A DNA stretch of 64,000 nucleotides from Candidatus Brocadiia bacterium. GTDB taxonomy: Bacteria; Planctomycetota; PUPC01; DSUN01. Positions 54,754 through 63,480 of the stretch are shown one piece after another (the first letter of the stretch is position 1; each line of letters starts with the position of its first letter). The stretch spans positions 18,178-82,177 of the forward strand of contig JBKHIY010000006.1 in assembly GCA_046538415.1 (NCBI GenBank), written 5' to 3'. The translations under genes and the position numbers were made by a program. The notes beneath the pieces are model-generated. The model saw nothing but the letters and a program-made list of their open reading frames with translations, made no database searches and was not told where the DNA came from.

Positions 54754-56115
54754 GTGCCCGATGACGCCCATAAGATTCTCTTGAGCGAGGCGGAAATCCC
54801 CTCGGCATGGTACAACATCATGCCCGACCTGCCCGAGCCGCCCGTCCCGCCCATCCACCCCGCCACCCACCAGCCCATCAACCCCGAGGACCTCCTGCCC
54901 CTGTTCCCCATGGGCCTGATCGAGCAGGAGGCCAGCCAGGAACGCTGGATCGACATCCCCGGCGAGGTGCTCGACGTCCTCCGCCTGTGGCGGCCCACCC
55001 CCCTCCACAGGGCTCGCCGCCTCGAGACGGCCCTTCAGACCCCCGCCAGGATCTACTACAAGAACGAGAGCGTGAGCCCGCCGGGGAGCCACAAGCCCAA
55101 CACCGCCGTGGCCCAGGCCTACTACAACAAGCAGGAGGGCGTCCGCCGCCTTACCACCGAAACCGGGGCCGGCCAGTGGGGCAGCGCCCTGTCCTTCGCC
55201 TGCAACCTCTTCGACCTCGAATGCCTGGTCTACATGGTCAAGGTCAGCTTCGAGCAGAAGCCCTACCGAAAGCTGATGATGCAGACCTGGGGGGCGGACA
55301 TCCTTCCCAGCCCCAGCGATACCACCCAGGCGGGCAGGAACATCCTGGCCAGCGACCCCGAATGCCCCGGCAGCCTGGGCATCGCCATCAGCGAGGCCAT
55401 CGAAGTCGCCGCCGGGAACGACGATACCAAGTACTCCCTGGGCAGCGTGCTCAACCACGTGCTCCTCCACCAGACCATCGTCGGCCTGGAGACCCAGAAA
55501 CAGCTCGAGAAGGTCGACGAGCAGCCCGACGTGCTCATCGGCTGCGTGGGCGGAGGCAGCAACTACGCCGGCTTCTGCTTCCCCTTCTACCCCCTGAAGT
55601 TCGGGGGCAAGGACATCCGCTTCCTGGCCACCGAGCCCACCGCCTGCCCCACCATGACCCGGGGCACCTACACGTACGACTTCGGCGATACGGCCAAGAC
55701 CACGCCCCTGCTCAAGATGTACACCCTGGGCCACGGCTTCGTGCCCCCGAAAATCCACGCCGGCGGCCTCCGCTACCACGGCATGGCCCCCCTCATCAGC
55801 CTCCTGGTCAAGACCGGCCAGATGGAACCGCTCGCCTTCCACCAGAACCCCGTCTTCGAGGCGGCCATCACCTTCGCCCGGGCCGAGGGCATCATCCCCG
55901 CGCCCGAGACCGCCCACGCCGTCAAGGCCGCCATCGACGAAGCCATCCGCTGCCGAGAGGCCGGCGAGGACAAGTGCATCGTCCTCAACTTCAGCGGACA
56001 CGGCCACTTCGACCTCGGGGCCTTCGAACGCTACTTCGCCAAAGACCTCGAAGACTATGAGTATCCCGAGGAGAACATCGCCGAGGCGATGAAGGACGTG
56101 CCCGCCATCGAGTAG
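54754..56115 (+). CDS. trpB2: TrpB-like PLP-dependent enzyme (tryptophan synthase beta, type 2 / TrpB2)
   Basis: GTG at 54754 after AAGGAGGGG. Long TrpB2-type N-terminus ([22 protein letters not shown]); PLP lysine region [19 protein letters not shown]; GGGSNYAG; HGHFDL. The 5' part of track ORF 53704..56115 is antisense to the rhomboid gene and tRNA and is not coding. Confidence 0.9.
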   Translation: MPDDAHKILLSEAEIPSAWYNIMPDLPEPPVPPIHPATHQPINPEDLLPLFPMGLIEQEASQERWIDIPGEVLDVLRLWRPTPLHRARRLETALQTPARIYYKNESVSPPGSHKPNTAVAQAYYNKQEGVRRLTTETGAGQWGSALSFACNLFDLECLVYMVKVSFEQKPYRKLMMQTWGADILPSPSDTTQAGRNILASDPECPGSLGIAISEAIEVAAGNDDTKYSLGSVLNHVLLHQTIVGLETQKQLEKVDEQPDVLIGCVGGGSNYAGFCFPFYPLKFGGKDIRFLATEPTACPTMTRGTYTYDFGDTAKTTPLLKMYTLGHGFVPPKIHAGGLRYHGMAPLISLLVKTGQMEPLAFHQNPVFEAAITFARAEGIIPAPETAHAVKAAIDEAIRCREAGEDKCIVLNFSGHGHFDLGAFERYFAKDLEDYEYPEENIAEAMKDVPAIE

Positions 56116-56142
56116 GGCCGCGCGAGCGTTAGACATCCCCAA

Positions 56143-56176
56143 GCGGCGGGGCAGGGCACTGGCCCTGCCCCGCCGC
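56143..56176. terminator. Perfect 15-bp GC stem / 4-nt loop hairpin between convergent genes
   Basis: GCGGCGGGGCAGGGC-actg-GCCCTGCCCCGCCGC lies between the trpB2 stop (56115) and the GH42-like stop (56207). No U-tract. Confidence 0.5.
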
Positions 56177-56206
56177 GACATGGGACCAGGATGCCGGGCA
56201 GGAGAC

Positions 56207-58600
56207 TCACTCGGGCGGCGCGGGACGCGGCGCCACCCGAATCGCCACCAGGCGGCTCTGCCAGGGTGCCAGGCTCAGCGGGCCGACGACGCCGGGGCGG
56301 TTCTCGCTCACGGGGAGGGGCTCGCCCGACGAAAGGTCGGCCGCGCCCGCCGCCGGAGGCCCCGCCAGCACCACCCGCCGCGCCCGGGCCGACGCGTTCC
56401 ACGCATAGGCCAGCACCCGGTCGCCGTCGCGGACCGAGCGGCATTCGACCCCGGGGCGCCCGCGGGCGTCGGCGAGCAGCCGCACCGGCGGGGCGGCGCC
56501 CCGCTCGGCGAGGGCGAAGCGAAGGACGCCGGCCAGGTGGCGCTCCTCGAGCGGCATGGCCAGATAGGTCACGCGGCCCCGCCCCCGGGCGAAGCTCACG
56601 ATGGCCGGCGTGCCGTCGGGGAAGGCCGCCAGGTCGGCGTGCCGCACATTTACCCGGATGCTCTGGCGCACCCCGACGCCGCGCAGGGGGCCGAGGGAGG
56701 CCAGCGGCCCGCCGGGCGCCGGGGCGATGACTGCCCGGGGGGCCTCCGCCACCACCAGCTCGTCGAGCGCTCCGCCGCGCTCGGGTCGCGGCCTCGTAGC
56801 ATAGCTGGGGCGGCGGGTCTCGAGCACCTCGATGCCCAGGCGAAGCAGGTAGTCGGCCTCCCGCCCCCGCTCGTCGGCCACCAGGGATTCGGCGATCACC
56901 ACCAGGTGACTGCCCAGCTCCACCCGCTCGACGAGCGCCCGCACCACCGCGTCCCCCTCGTGGGGCGCCCCGGCCACCACGAGCACGGGCACGGCGGGCA
57001 CGCTCCGCCGCTCCCTTCCGCGGGCGACCACGAAGCGGCAGCCGGCGTCCAGGAACCGCGCCGCGCGGTAGGCCCGCTCGAGCTCCCGCGTGTGGGGCGT
57101 GCGGGCGCACCGCAGCGCCCAGGCCGGGGCTTGGCGCACCGAGGCCTGGGAGTAGAGCAGCCCGACCCCCGCCGGCGCCCGGGCCAGCGCGGCGATGGGC
57201 TCGGCCAGGTGGCGGGCGTCGAGGGCCTCCCGGAGCACGCGCTCCGCGGCGCGGACCGCCTCCAGGGTGTGCAGGGGGGCTGGCGGCCACCGCTCGATGC
57301 CCACCGCCGCGGCGCCGTGCACGAGATGGGGGAGGATGCCGAAGCCGCGGGCCTGGGCCTGGGGGTCCGCCACCGGCTTCGCTCCCCCTGCCACCGCGGC
57401 CGCCAGGTCGGTGTGCAGGGGGTCGGCGCCGCGGGCCTCCACCACGTCGAGCGCCTCGGCCAGGCCGACGGGGTCGATGCCGCTGAGGCCCCGGCTGCCG
57501 GCCAGGAGGCAGCGGGTGGCGGCGAGGCCCACGGGCGTGCCGGGCCGCAGGCCGCGGAGATTGGCCCGCGCCCACCCCACGTGCTCGGTGAAGCGGTCCT
57601 CGTTGAAGCGCACCCAGTCGTACCACCGCGCGGGGCTCGCGCCCGCCTGGTCGGGGGTGGGCATCAGGTCGGGGCCGATGGCCTGGAAGTCGGTGCCCCA
57701 CACCGCGTTCAGCGTGCGCACCGTGGCGTAGCGGTCGCGCAGCCAGGCGGCGAATCGCTGGGCGCTGCGCTCCGAGAAATCGGTGTAGAAGGGCCCCCCG
57801 CCCATCGAGATGTAGAGCGGGCGGGCGTCCTGCGGCCAGGCCTCGAGGGCGGCGGCGGTGTCGCGGGCGATGGCCTCCCGCATCGCCGGATGGTCGATGG
57901 CGATGAGCACTGGCGGCGTGCCCTCGGAGCCGTCGCGCACGAACCCGCCCGCCGGCCGGTCCCAGCCCACCCGCCGACTCCCGGCCACCGCCTCGTAGAC
58001 GGCGAGCACCGCGCTGCCCTCCAGCCCCTCGGGGGCCACGCCGGCCAACGCCGGCACCGCGCGCACCAGCCCTCCCTGCGCGAAGAAACCGGTCGCGTCG
58101 CCGGCATCGCTCGCGGCGACGGGGAAGACCGCCTCGTCGCCCGACACGAAGGCCCCCTCGCGGAGCTGGAGGTCGGCCAGGCGGAGGGGGGGCCGCGGCC
58201 GCGGCGCGCGGTCCTCCCCGATGTTCTTGTGGATCGCGATCATGGCCCGCAGGGAGGCTTCGTAGAGGTGGTCGAGGATGCGGGGTCGGTGGGCGGCGGG
58301 AGCGCCGTCGAGCGCGGCGAGGGCCTGGCGGCCGAGCACCAGGGGAATGCGATGGTAGGGCGTGGCGTGGCCTCGGGGCGCGGCCTGCGCGACCAGGCGG
58401 GCCAGCTCCTCCAGGGCGGTTCGCGTGCGTCCCAGGCGCTCCTCCGCTCCCGCGGCGGGGCCACAGAGCGCCAGGGCGAGCAGGCAAAGAAGGGCGGCGA
58501 GCCACGGCCGCCGGTCCCGCGTCGCGTACCCATGGCCCCACGGCGCGGTGGGACGGAGGCGAGAGCCGGCTCTCCCCCCGCCTTCGTAAGCTCTTGTCAT
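56207..58600 (-). CDS. Secreted GH42-like (beta-galactosidase family) protein
   Basis: Motif FAAWLRDRYATVRTLNAVWGTDF (compare the GH42 WLxxKYGxxxxLNxAWGTxFW). Signal-like RPWLAALLCLLALALCGPAAGA. A middle GATase1-like trimerisation-type region. The start is uncertain (ATG 58600 chosen; the track start is 58657). Confidence 0.7.
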   Translation of the reverse strand: MTRAYEGGGRAGSRLRPTAPWGHGYATRDRRPWLAALLCLLALALCGPAAGAEERLGRTRTALEELARLVAQAAPRGHATPYHRIPLVLGRQALAALDGAPAAHRPRILDHLYEASLRAMIAIHKNIGEDRAPRPRPPLRLADLQLREGAFVSGDEAVFPVAASDAGDATGFFAQGGLVRAVPALAGVAPEGLEGSAVLAVYEAVAGSRRVGWDRPAGGFVRDGSEGTPPVLIAIDHPAMREAIARDTAAALEAWPQDARPLYISMGGGPFYTDFSERSAQRFAAWLRDRYATVRTLNAVWGTDFQAIGPDLMPTPDQAGASPARWYDWVRFNEDRFTEHVGWARANLRGLRPGTPVGLAATRCLLAGSRGLSGIDPVGLAEALDVVEARGADPLHTDLAAAVAGGAKPVADPQAQARGFGILPHLVHGAAAVGIERWPPAPLHTLEAVRAAERVLREALDARHLAEPIAALARAPAGVGLLYSQASVRQAPAWALRCARTPHTRELERAYRAARFLDAGCRFVVARGRERRSVPAVPVLVVAGAPHEGDAVVRALVERVELGSHLVVIAESLVADERGREADYLLRLGIEVLETRRPSYATRPRPERGGALDELVVAEAPRAVIAPAPGGPLASLGPLRGVGVRQSIRVNVRHADLAAFPDGTPAIVSFARGRGRVTYLAMPLEERHLAGVLRFALAERGAAPPVRLLADARGRPGVECRSVRDGDRVLAYAWNASARARRVVLAGPPAAGAADLSSGEPLPVSENRPGVVGPLSLAPWQSRLVAIRVAPRPAPPE

Positions 58601-58727
58601 GTCGATACCTGCCACGTGGGGCCGGGGCTCTCGACGCCCCTGGCACGGCGATTGCACCGTGGCTCGCTACGAGGGCGGGGGCCAGCCCGTCTCTGGGAGA
58701 TACCCTGTGAGGCAGATCCTGGGGCTG

Positions 58728-58871
58728 ATGGCCTTCACCGTCGTCGCGGCACGAACGGTCGAGCTGTCCTACAGCACCACCCACCCCATCAACGTCCTGG
58801 CCCCGAGCGTCGTGGCGCTGCTCACCGCCTGCACCATGTGCGTCGTCTACCTGCTGCGCGACGCGGACTAG
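58728..58871 (+). CDS. Candidate small hydrophobic protein, 47 aa
   Basis: Internal ATG of track ORF 58599..58871. 45 of 47 codons end in G/C, against a visibly lower fraction in the upstream part of the ORF. MAFTVVAARTVELSYSTTHPINVLAPSVVALLTACTMCVVYLLRDAD has one clear C-terminal TM segment. No SD and no homology recognised. Confidence 0.3.
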   Translation: MAFTVVAARTVELSYSTTHPINVLAPSVVALLTACTMCVVYLLRDAD

Positions 58872-58935
58872 GGGATGGCGGGGGCCTGGCGCAGTATAGG
58901 CTCCCCGCGACGGGGAGTCAACGCCGATGCGCCGC

Positions 58936-58964
58936 TTGGCGCCGCCCGACCCCCGCGCTATAGT
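58936..58964 (+). promoter_or_regulatory. Sigma70-like promoter, TTGGCG-17-TATAGT, upstream of the SagB-type gene
   Basis: Hexamers at 58936-58941 and 58959-58964. An SD-like AGGGGGA follows before the ATG at 59009. Confidence 0.4.
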
Positions 58965-59008
58965 GGTGAGCGGGAGGCACCGCGAGGCCACAGACAGGGG
59001 GACCGGCC

Positions 59009-59737
59009 ATGGGACGCGCAGGGGGCGGCCGTTTGCCCATCGGCGACGCATTCCAGCAAGCCACCAAGTATCGAAGGGGGGAGGGCGAGCCGCCCGCCGG
59101 CCCGGCCGAGCCCGCTCGGGGCACCGAGGCGCTGGCGGAGCCGACACGGGAGGACGGCCCGCCGCTGTGGGAGGTGATGGCCCGCCGCCGCTCCGTCCGC
59201 GACTTCGGTCCCCGCCCCCTGTCCCTCGCTCAGCTCTCCCAGCTCCTGTGGGCCACGCAAGGCATCACGGGCCGGGCTCGCGGCCATGCCTTCCGCGCCG
59301 CGCCTTCGGCGGGGGCCTGCTATCCCCTGAACACCTGGCTGGTGGTCCACCGCGTGGAGGGCCTCGAGGCGGGTCTCTACCGCTACGACGTGGAGGCCGC
59401 GGCGCTGGAGCGCCGACGCCGCGGCGACCTGGCCCCGACCATCGCCGCCGCCTGCCTCGGCCAGCCCATGGCCGCCGAGGCCGCGGTGGTCTTCGGCTGG
59501 ACCGCGGTCCCCGCCAGGGCCAAGCACCGCTACCAGGAACGGGCCTATCGCTACATCTACCTCGATGCCGGCCACGTGGGCCAGAACCTCCATCTCGCCG
59601 CGGTGGCCCTGGGCCTGGGCTGCTGCGCCATCGGCGCCTTCCTCGACGACGCGGTGAACGCCATCCTGGGGGTCGACGGCTTCGGCGAGACCACCGTCTA
59701 CCTCTCCGTCGTCGGCCACCCCGCCGCCTCGCGTTGA
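59009..59737 (+). CDS. SagB/ThcOx-type nitroreductase-family dehydrogenase (stand-alone)
   Basis: RRSVRDFGPRPLSLAQLSQLLWATQGIT, RAAPSAGACYPL, RYIYLDAGHVGQNLHLAAVALGLGCCAIGAFLD: the SagB-type dehydrogenase-domain pattern within the nitroreductase fold. Confidence 0.8.
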   Translation: MGRAGGGRLPIGDAFQQATKYRRGEGEPPAGPAEPARGTEALAEPTREDGPPLWEVMARRRSVRDFGPRPLSLAQLSQLLWATQGITGRARGHAFRAAPSAGACYPLNTWLVVHRVEGLEAGLYRYDVEAAALERRRRGDLAPTIAAACLGQPMAAEAAVVFGWTAVPARAKHRYQERAYRYIYLDAGHVGQNLHLAAVALGLGCCAIGAFLDDAVNAILGVDGFGETTVYLSVVGHPAASR

Positions 59738-59763
59738 CTTGCGGCGCCACGCGGCGCTATACT
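59734..59763 (+). promoter_or_regulatory. Sigma70-like promoter, TTGACT-18-TATACT, upstream of the PP2C phosphatase gene
   Basis: TTGACT at 59734-59739 overlaps the SagB-type stop codon; TATACT at 59758-59763. Confidence 0.4.
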
Positions 59764-59797
59764 CGGCCCGGCCAGCTTCCCTCACGAGCACGCCGCC

Positions 59798-61300
59798 ATG
59801 GGCAAGTCCGACGAGGTCGACGCGCAGCGCTGGGCCCTCGAACAGGCCATCCGCAGACGCCTCCAACGCGACCCCGGCTGGCAGGTGCGGGTGCACGACC
59901 GCGACTGGCTGTGCCCCTACTGCGGCGGCGTGGGAGTCAGCCCCTATCGTAAGAGCCGGGCACCCGCCGACATCCTCCGCCACTTCGTCCAGGAATGCCC
60001 CGAGTGGTCCCAGGACCGCGGCACCCAGGTGAGCCACGTGGACCTGGAGGCCAGGGCCCGCCGCCTGGAGCTCGACGAATCGCTCCGCACCGACCCCGCG
60101 TGGCGGGTGGCCGACGACGAGGGCCGCTGGACCTGCCCCTACTGCGCCGAGCCCACGCCCATCCGGTGGCCCCTCGAGGACTCCGAGGCGGCGCCCCCCG
60201 TGGAGGCCGTGCTCGGCCACCTCGACGGCTGCCAGCCCTGCCGCGATCGCCGCAAGCCCCTCACCGCCGAGGCCCTTCAGCTCATCGCCCGCGACGCCCA
60301 GCGCTACCGCCGGCTCACCCGCCAGTGCCGCCGCAAGATCGAGGAGTCGCCCGCCTGGCGCCAGGCCACGGCCCAGGGCGCCTGGGTGTGCCCCCAGTGC
60401 CGCCAGCCGGTGCCCGAGGTGGACATCTCGTCCGACCTGCTCCTCGTCTCCACCGCGCCCGCGCAGATGGCCCGCCACCTCATGGACCGCTGCGGCCGCG
60501 CGGGCCCCGCCGAGATGGCCAGCCCCCAGCCCCAGGGCGAGCCCGCGGGACACGAGCGCAACCTCGAGCGGGCCCGCGAAATCGTCCACAAAATGCTCCC
60601 CGCACAGCTACCCCCCCTCGAGAGCTACGACCTGTTCTGCCTCTACCGGCCCACGGAAAGCGTGGGGGGCGACTTCTACGACTACTTCCCCCTCTCCAGT
60701 CGCCAGGTGGCCCTGCTCATCGGCGACGTGGCGGGCCACGGCCTGGAGGCGGCTCTCATCATGACCATGGTCAAGAAGTCGCTCAAGCTCCACGCCCAGC
60801 ACCACCGTTCCCCCGCCGAGGTGCTCCGCCGGACCAACGACGACATCAACGCCGACCTGGATGCCCGCACCTTCGTGAGCGCCTGCTACGCCGTGCTCGA
60901 CCCCGCCAGCGGGACCCTGAGCTTCGCCCGCGCCGGCCACAATCGCCCCATCCTCTTCAACCCCCAGCGCCGCCAGCCCGTGCGCCGCCTGGAGAGCAAG
61001 GGCATCGCCCTGGGCATGTACCAAGGCGGGCTCTTCGACACATCGATCCAGGAGACCGAGATCCGCCTCCAGCCCGGCGACGCCTTCCTCCTCTATACCG
61101 ACGGCCTCGTCGAGGCCCGAAACCCCGGCGGCGAGCCCTACGGCCCCGAGCGCCTCGAGGCCGCCCTCAACGCCACGCACGGCGACCTGGGGAGCCAGAG
61201 CCTCGCGGGACGACTCTTCGAGGGGGTCCGACGGTTCACACGCGGAGCCCCCCAGGAGGACGACGTGGCCATCCTGTGCCTCACCGCCCTCACACGCTGA
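59798..61300 (+). CDS. PP2C/SpoIIE-family serine phosphatase with an N-terminal triple Cys/His (zinc-finger-like) repeat region
   Basis: C-terminal 250 aa: [47 protein letters not shown] (SpoIIE/PP2C signature). N-terminal 240 aa: three copies of W-x-CP-x-C ... H-x(3,4)-C. Confidence 0.85.
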   Translation: MGKSDEVDAQRWALEQAIRRRLQRDPGWQVRVHDRDWLCPYCGGVGVSPYRKSRAPADILRHFVQECPEWSQDRGTQVSHVDLEARARRLELDESLRTDPAWRVADDEGRWTCPYCAEPTPIRWPLEDSEAAPPVEAVLGHLDGCQPCRDRRKPLTAEALQLIARDAQRYRRLTRQCRRKIEESPAWRQATAQGAWVCPQCRQPVPEVDISSDLLLVSTAPAQMARHLMDRCGRAGPAEMASPQPQGEPAGHERNLERAREIVHKMLPAQLPPLESYDLFCLYRPTESVGGDFYDYFPLSSRQVALLIGDVAGHGLEAALIMTMVKKSLKLHAQHHRSPAEVLRRTNDDINADLDARTFVSACYAVLDPASGTLSFARAGHNRPILFNPQRRQPVRRLESKGIALGMYQGGLFDTSIQETEIRLQPGDAFLLYTDGLVEARNPGGEPYGPERLEAALNATHGDLGSQSLAGRLFEGVRRFTRGAPQEDDVAILCLTALTR

Positions 61301-61327
61301 ACCCGCGAGCCCGAAGGAATACCTGAC

Positions 61328-62023
61328 GTGGACGAAGCGAAACTGAGGGATAACCTCGCAGACGTCCGACGACGAATGGCCGACGCCCGCCACCGCGCCG
61401 GCCGGCGCCCCGACGACGTCCGCCTCGTGGCCGTCACCAAGACCGTCGGCCCCGACGCCATCCGCGCCCTCCAGGCCCTGGGGCTGCGCGAGATCGGGGA
61501 GAACCGCGTGCAGGACGCCCTTCGCAAGCAGGAGACCCTCGAGGGGCGCCTGGGCCTGCGATGGCACATGATCGGCCACCTCCAGACCAACAAGGCGCGA
61601 CATGCCCTCCGCCTGTTCGACGCCGTGGACTCGGTGGACAGCGTGCGGCTTGCCCGGGAGCTCGACCGCCGAGCGGCCCGCGACGGCCTCGGCCCCGTGC
61701 CCGTCCTCCTGGAGTGCAACGTCAGCGGCGAGGGCACCAAGCACGGCTTCCCGCCGGGGGAACTCCCCGCCGCGCTCGATGCCATCCTCCCGCTCGAACG
61801 CCTCGCCGTCGAGGGCCTGATGACCATGGCTCCCCTGGTCGCCGACGCGGAGGCCACCCGCCCGCTCTTCGCCGCCCTCCGCGAGCTGGCCGAGGAGGCG
61901 CGCCGCCGCACCGGCCGCCCCCTCCCGCACCTGTCGATGGGGATGACCCAGGACTTCGAGGTGGCCATCGAGGAGGGGGCCACCATGGTGCGCATCGGCT
62001 CCGCGCTGTTCCGGGGCACGTGA
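61328..62023 (+). CDS. yggS: YggS family pyridoxal-phosphate homeostasis protein
   Basis: VRLVAVTKT (PLP lysine), [52 protein letters not shown] start after GAAGGAA. Confidence 0.9.
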   Translation: MDEAKLRDNLADVRRRMADARHRAGRRPDDVRLVAVTKTVGPDAIRALQALGLREIGENRVQDALRKQETLEGRLGLRWHMIGHLQTNKARHALRLFDAVDSVDSVRLARELDRRAARDGLGPVPVLLECNVSGEGTKHGFPPGELPAALDAILPLERLAVEGLMTMAPLVADAEATRPLFAALRELAEEARRRTGRPLPHLSMGMTQDFEVAIEEGATMVRIGSALFRGT

Positions 62024-62040
62024 CCGCGGGCCGCGAGCGC

Positions 62041-63204
62041 TCAGCGGCGTGCGGGAGGATGCGCCGGGGATTCGGTCGCTGCTCGCCGCCAGGCGGCGGG
62101 GGTGGTGCCGAGGTGGCGGCGGAAGGCGCGGAGCATGGCGGCGTAGCTGGCGAAGCCGCTCTCGAGGGCCACCGCCGCCGCCGGGAGGTCGCTGCGCTGG
62201 AGCCAGTCCTTGGCGGCCTCCAGCCGGGCGAGGGCGATCTCCTGGGCCACCGTGCGGCCCCGCGCCTGGCGCATCCGCCGGCGCAGCCTGCGGCCGCTCA
62301 CGCCCAGGGCGGTGGCGACGTCGGAAGGGCGAATGGGCTCGGCCCGGCGGTCGTGGATGAACGCCAGGGCGCGGGCCACCACGGGGTCGGCGGCGGAGCG
62401 GAGGTCGGTCGAGCGGCGGGCCACCAGCGTGGGCTCGATCCGGAAGCGCCGCTTGGCCAGCGGCTCCCCCGCCATCAGGCGGTCAAGGGCCTCCGCCGCC
62501 TGGCGGCCCAGCGCCGAGTAGTCGAAGGCCACGGCTGTCAGCGGCGGGTCCAGCTCGCAGACCAGCGGATCGTGGTCCGCGGCCATCAGCGCCACGTCGC
62601 CGGGCACCGACAGGCCGCGGGCCAGCGCCACGTGGGCCAGGGCCCGCGCGAAGCCCGGCCGGGCCACCAGTAGACCCGCCGGACGCGGAAGGCCCACCAG
62701 CCAATCGCCCAGGCTCCGCATCACTTCCTCCCACCACGGGCGCCGCGCCGGGTACGACACGAACGTGCGAGCACGCTCCACCGGCCGCCCGCGACGCCTC
62801 AGCTCGTCGGTGAACGTCTCCCGCTCCACCCGCGAGGCGGTCTGCTTCGTGAACCCCACGTAGGCGAAGGCCCGGCAGCCCTGCTCCGCCAGGTGGCGGG
62901 CGGCCAGGCGGCCCGCACGGCGGCGATTCTCCACCGCCCGCACCAGCCGGTGCTGCTCGAAGCCCCAGGTCACGCACACCGCGGGCACTGGCGAGCGAAC
63001 GAGGCGGCGGGCCAGGCCCTTGCGCGCCGGCGCGATCAGCCCGTCGTAGGGCGCGTCGCCAGCCTCCGCAGCGAAGGGGGCGAGCACCACCCGCCAGGGG
63101 CGGTGCTCGGCGGCGTAGCCGTGCACGCCCCGCAGCGTCTCCCGCTGGCGAAAGTCCATCGCGTCGGGGTCGTAGAGCACGGCGACCGTGCGAGTGGCGG
63201 GCAT
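62041..63204 (-). CDS. XylR-like transcriptional regulator (periplasmic-binding-protein-like sensor + AraC-type HTH)
   Basis: ORF 62041..63435 trimmed to the ATG at 63204 (GGAGGG upstream). The N-terminal LacI/PBP-like sugar-binding fold is followed by the AraC HTH (VATALGVSGRRLRRRMRQARGRTVAQEIALARLEAAKDWLQRSDLPAAAVALESGFASYAAMLRAFRRHLGTTP). Confidence 0.8.
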   Translation of the reverse strand: MPATRTVAVLYDPDAMDFRQRETLRGVHGYAAEHRPWRVVLAPFAAEAGDAPYDGLIAPARKGLARRLVRSPVPAVCVTWGFEQHRLVRAVENRRRAGRLAARHLAEQGCRAFAYVGFTKQTASRVERETFTDELRRRGRPVERARTFVSYPARRPWWEEVMRSLGDWLVGLPRPAGLLVARPGFARALAHVALARGLSVPGDVALMAADHDPLVCELDPPLTAVAFDYSALGRQAAEALDRLMAGEPLAKRRFRIEPTLVARRSTDLRSAADPVVARALAFIHDRRAEPIRPSDVATALGVSGRRLRRRMRQARGRTVAQEIALARLEAAKDWLQRSDLPAAAVALESGFASYAAMLRAFRRHLGTTPAAWRRAATESPAHPPARR

Positions 63205-63290
63205 GGCCGACCCTCCATCCGAGAGCCCCGCGCGGCGGAGCCGCAAGCCCCGGCGAAAGGGGCCAACAGGGCTCCGGAGAGTGTAGCAGA

Positions 63291-63328
63291 GGGCCGTCCA
63301 AAAATGAAGGGCCGTGGCCAAAAATGAA
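63291..63328. repeat. Tandem direct repeat GGGCCGT(GG)CCAAAAATGAA x2 in the XylR-like promoter region
   Basis: 63291-63308 reads gggccgtccaaaaatgaa and 63309-63328 reads gggccgtggccaaaaatgaa. This is the only A/T-rich patch in the 63205-63480 intergenic region. On the minus strand the proximal copy supplies a TTCATT -35-like hexamer 17 nt upstream of TACACT (63280-63285). Confidence 0.6.
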
Positions 63329-63480
63329 AGATCGCCCGCCGGGGGCCGGCGTGTCGACGTAAGTATCTGATTCCAGGCGGCTTGCGCCATCCGGACCGCG
63401 GCGCGGCCCCGACGGGGGTGATCCGGGGCTCCCACGGCCGCGGCACCCGCTCGTCAACCCGCCTGTCTGCTGCCAGGCGC

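Noticed and set aside
58599-59008. A full RiPP (TOMM-like) gene cluster interpretation around the SagB-type dehydrogenase.
   Set aside because: The window has no YcaO cyclodehydratase, E1-like docking protein, protease or exporter. The candidate peptide is mostly hydrophobic. I kept it only as a low-interest pairing in the findings.
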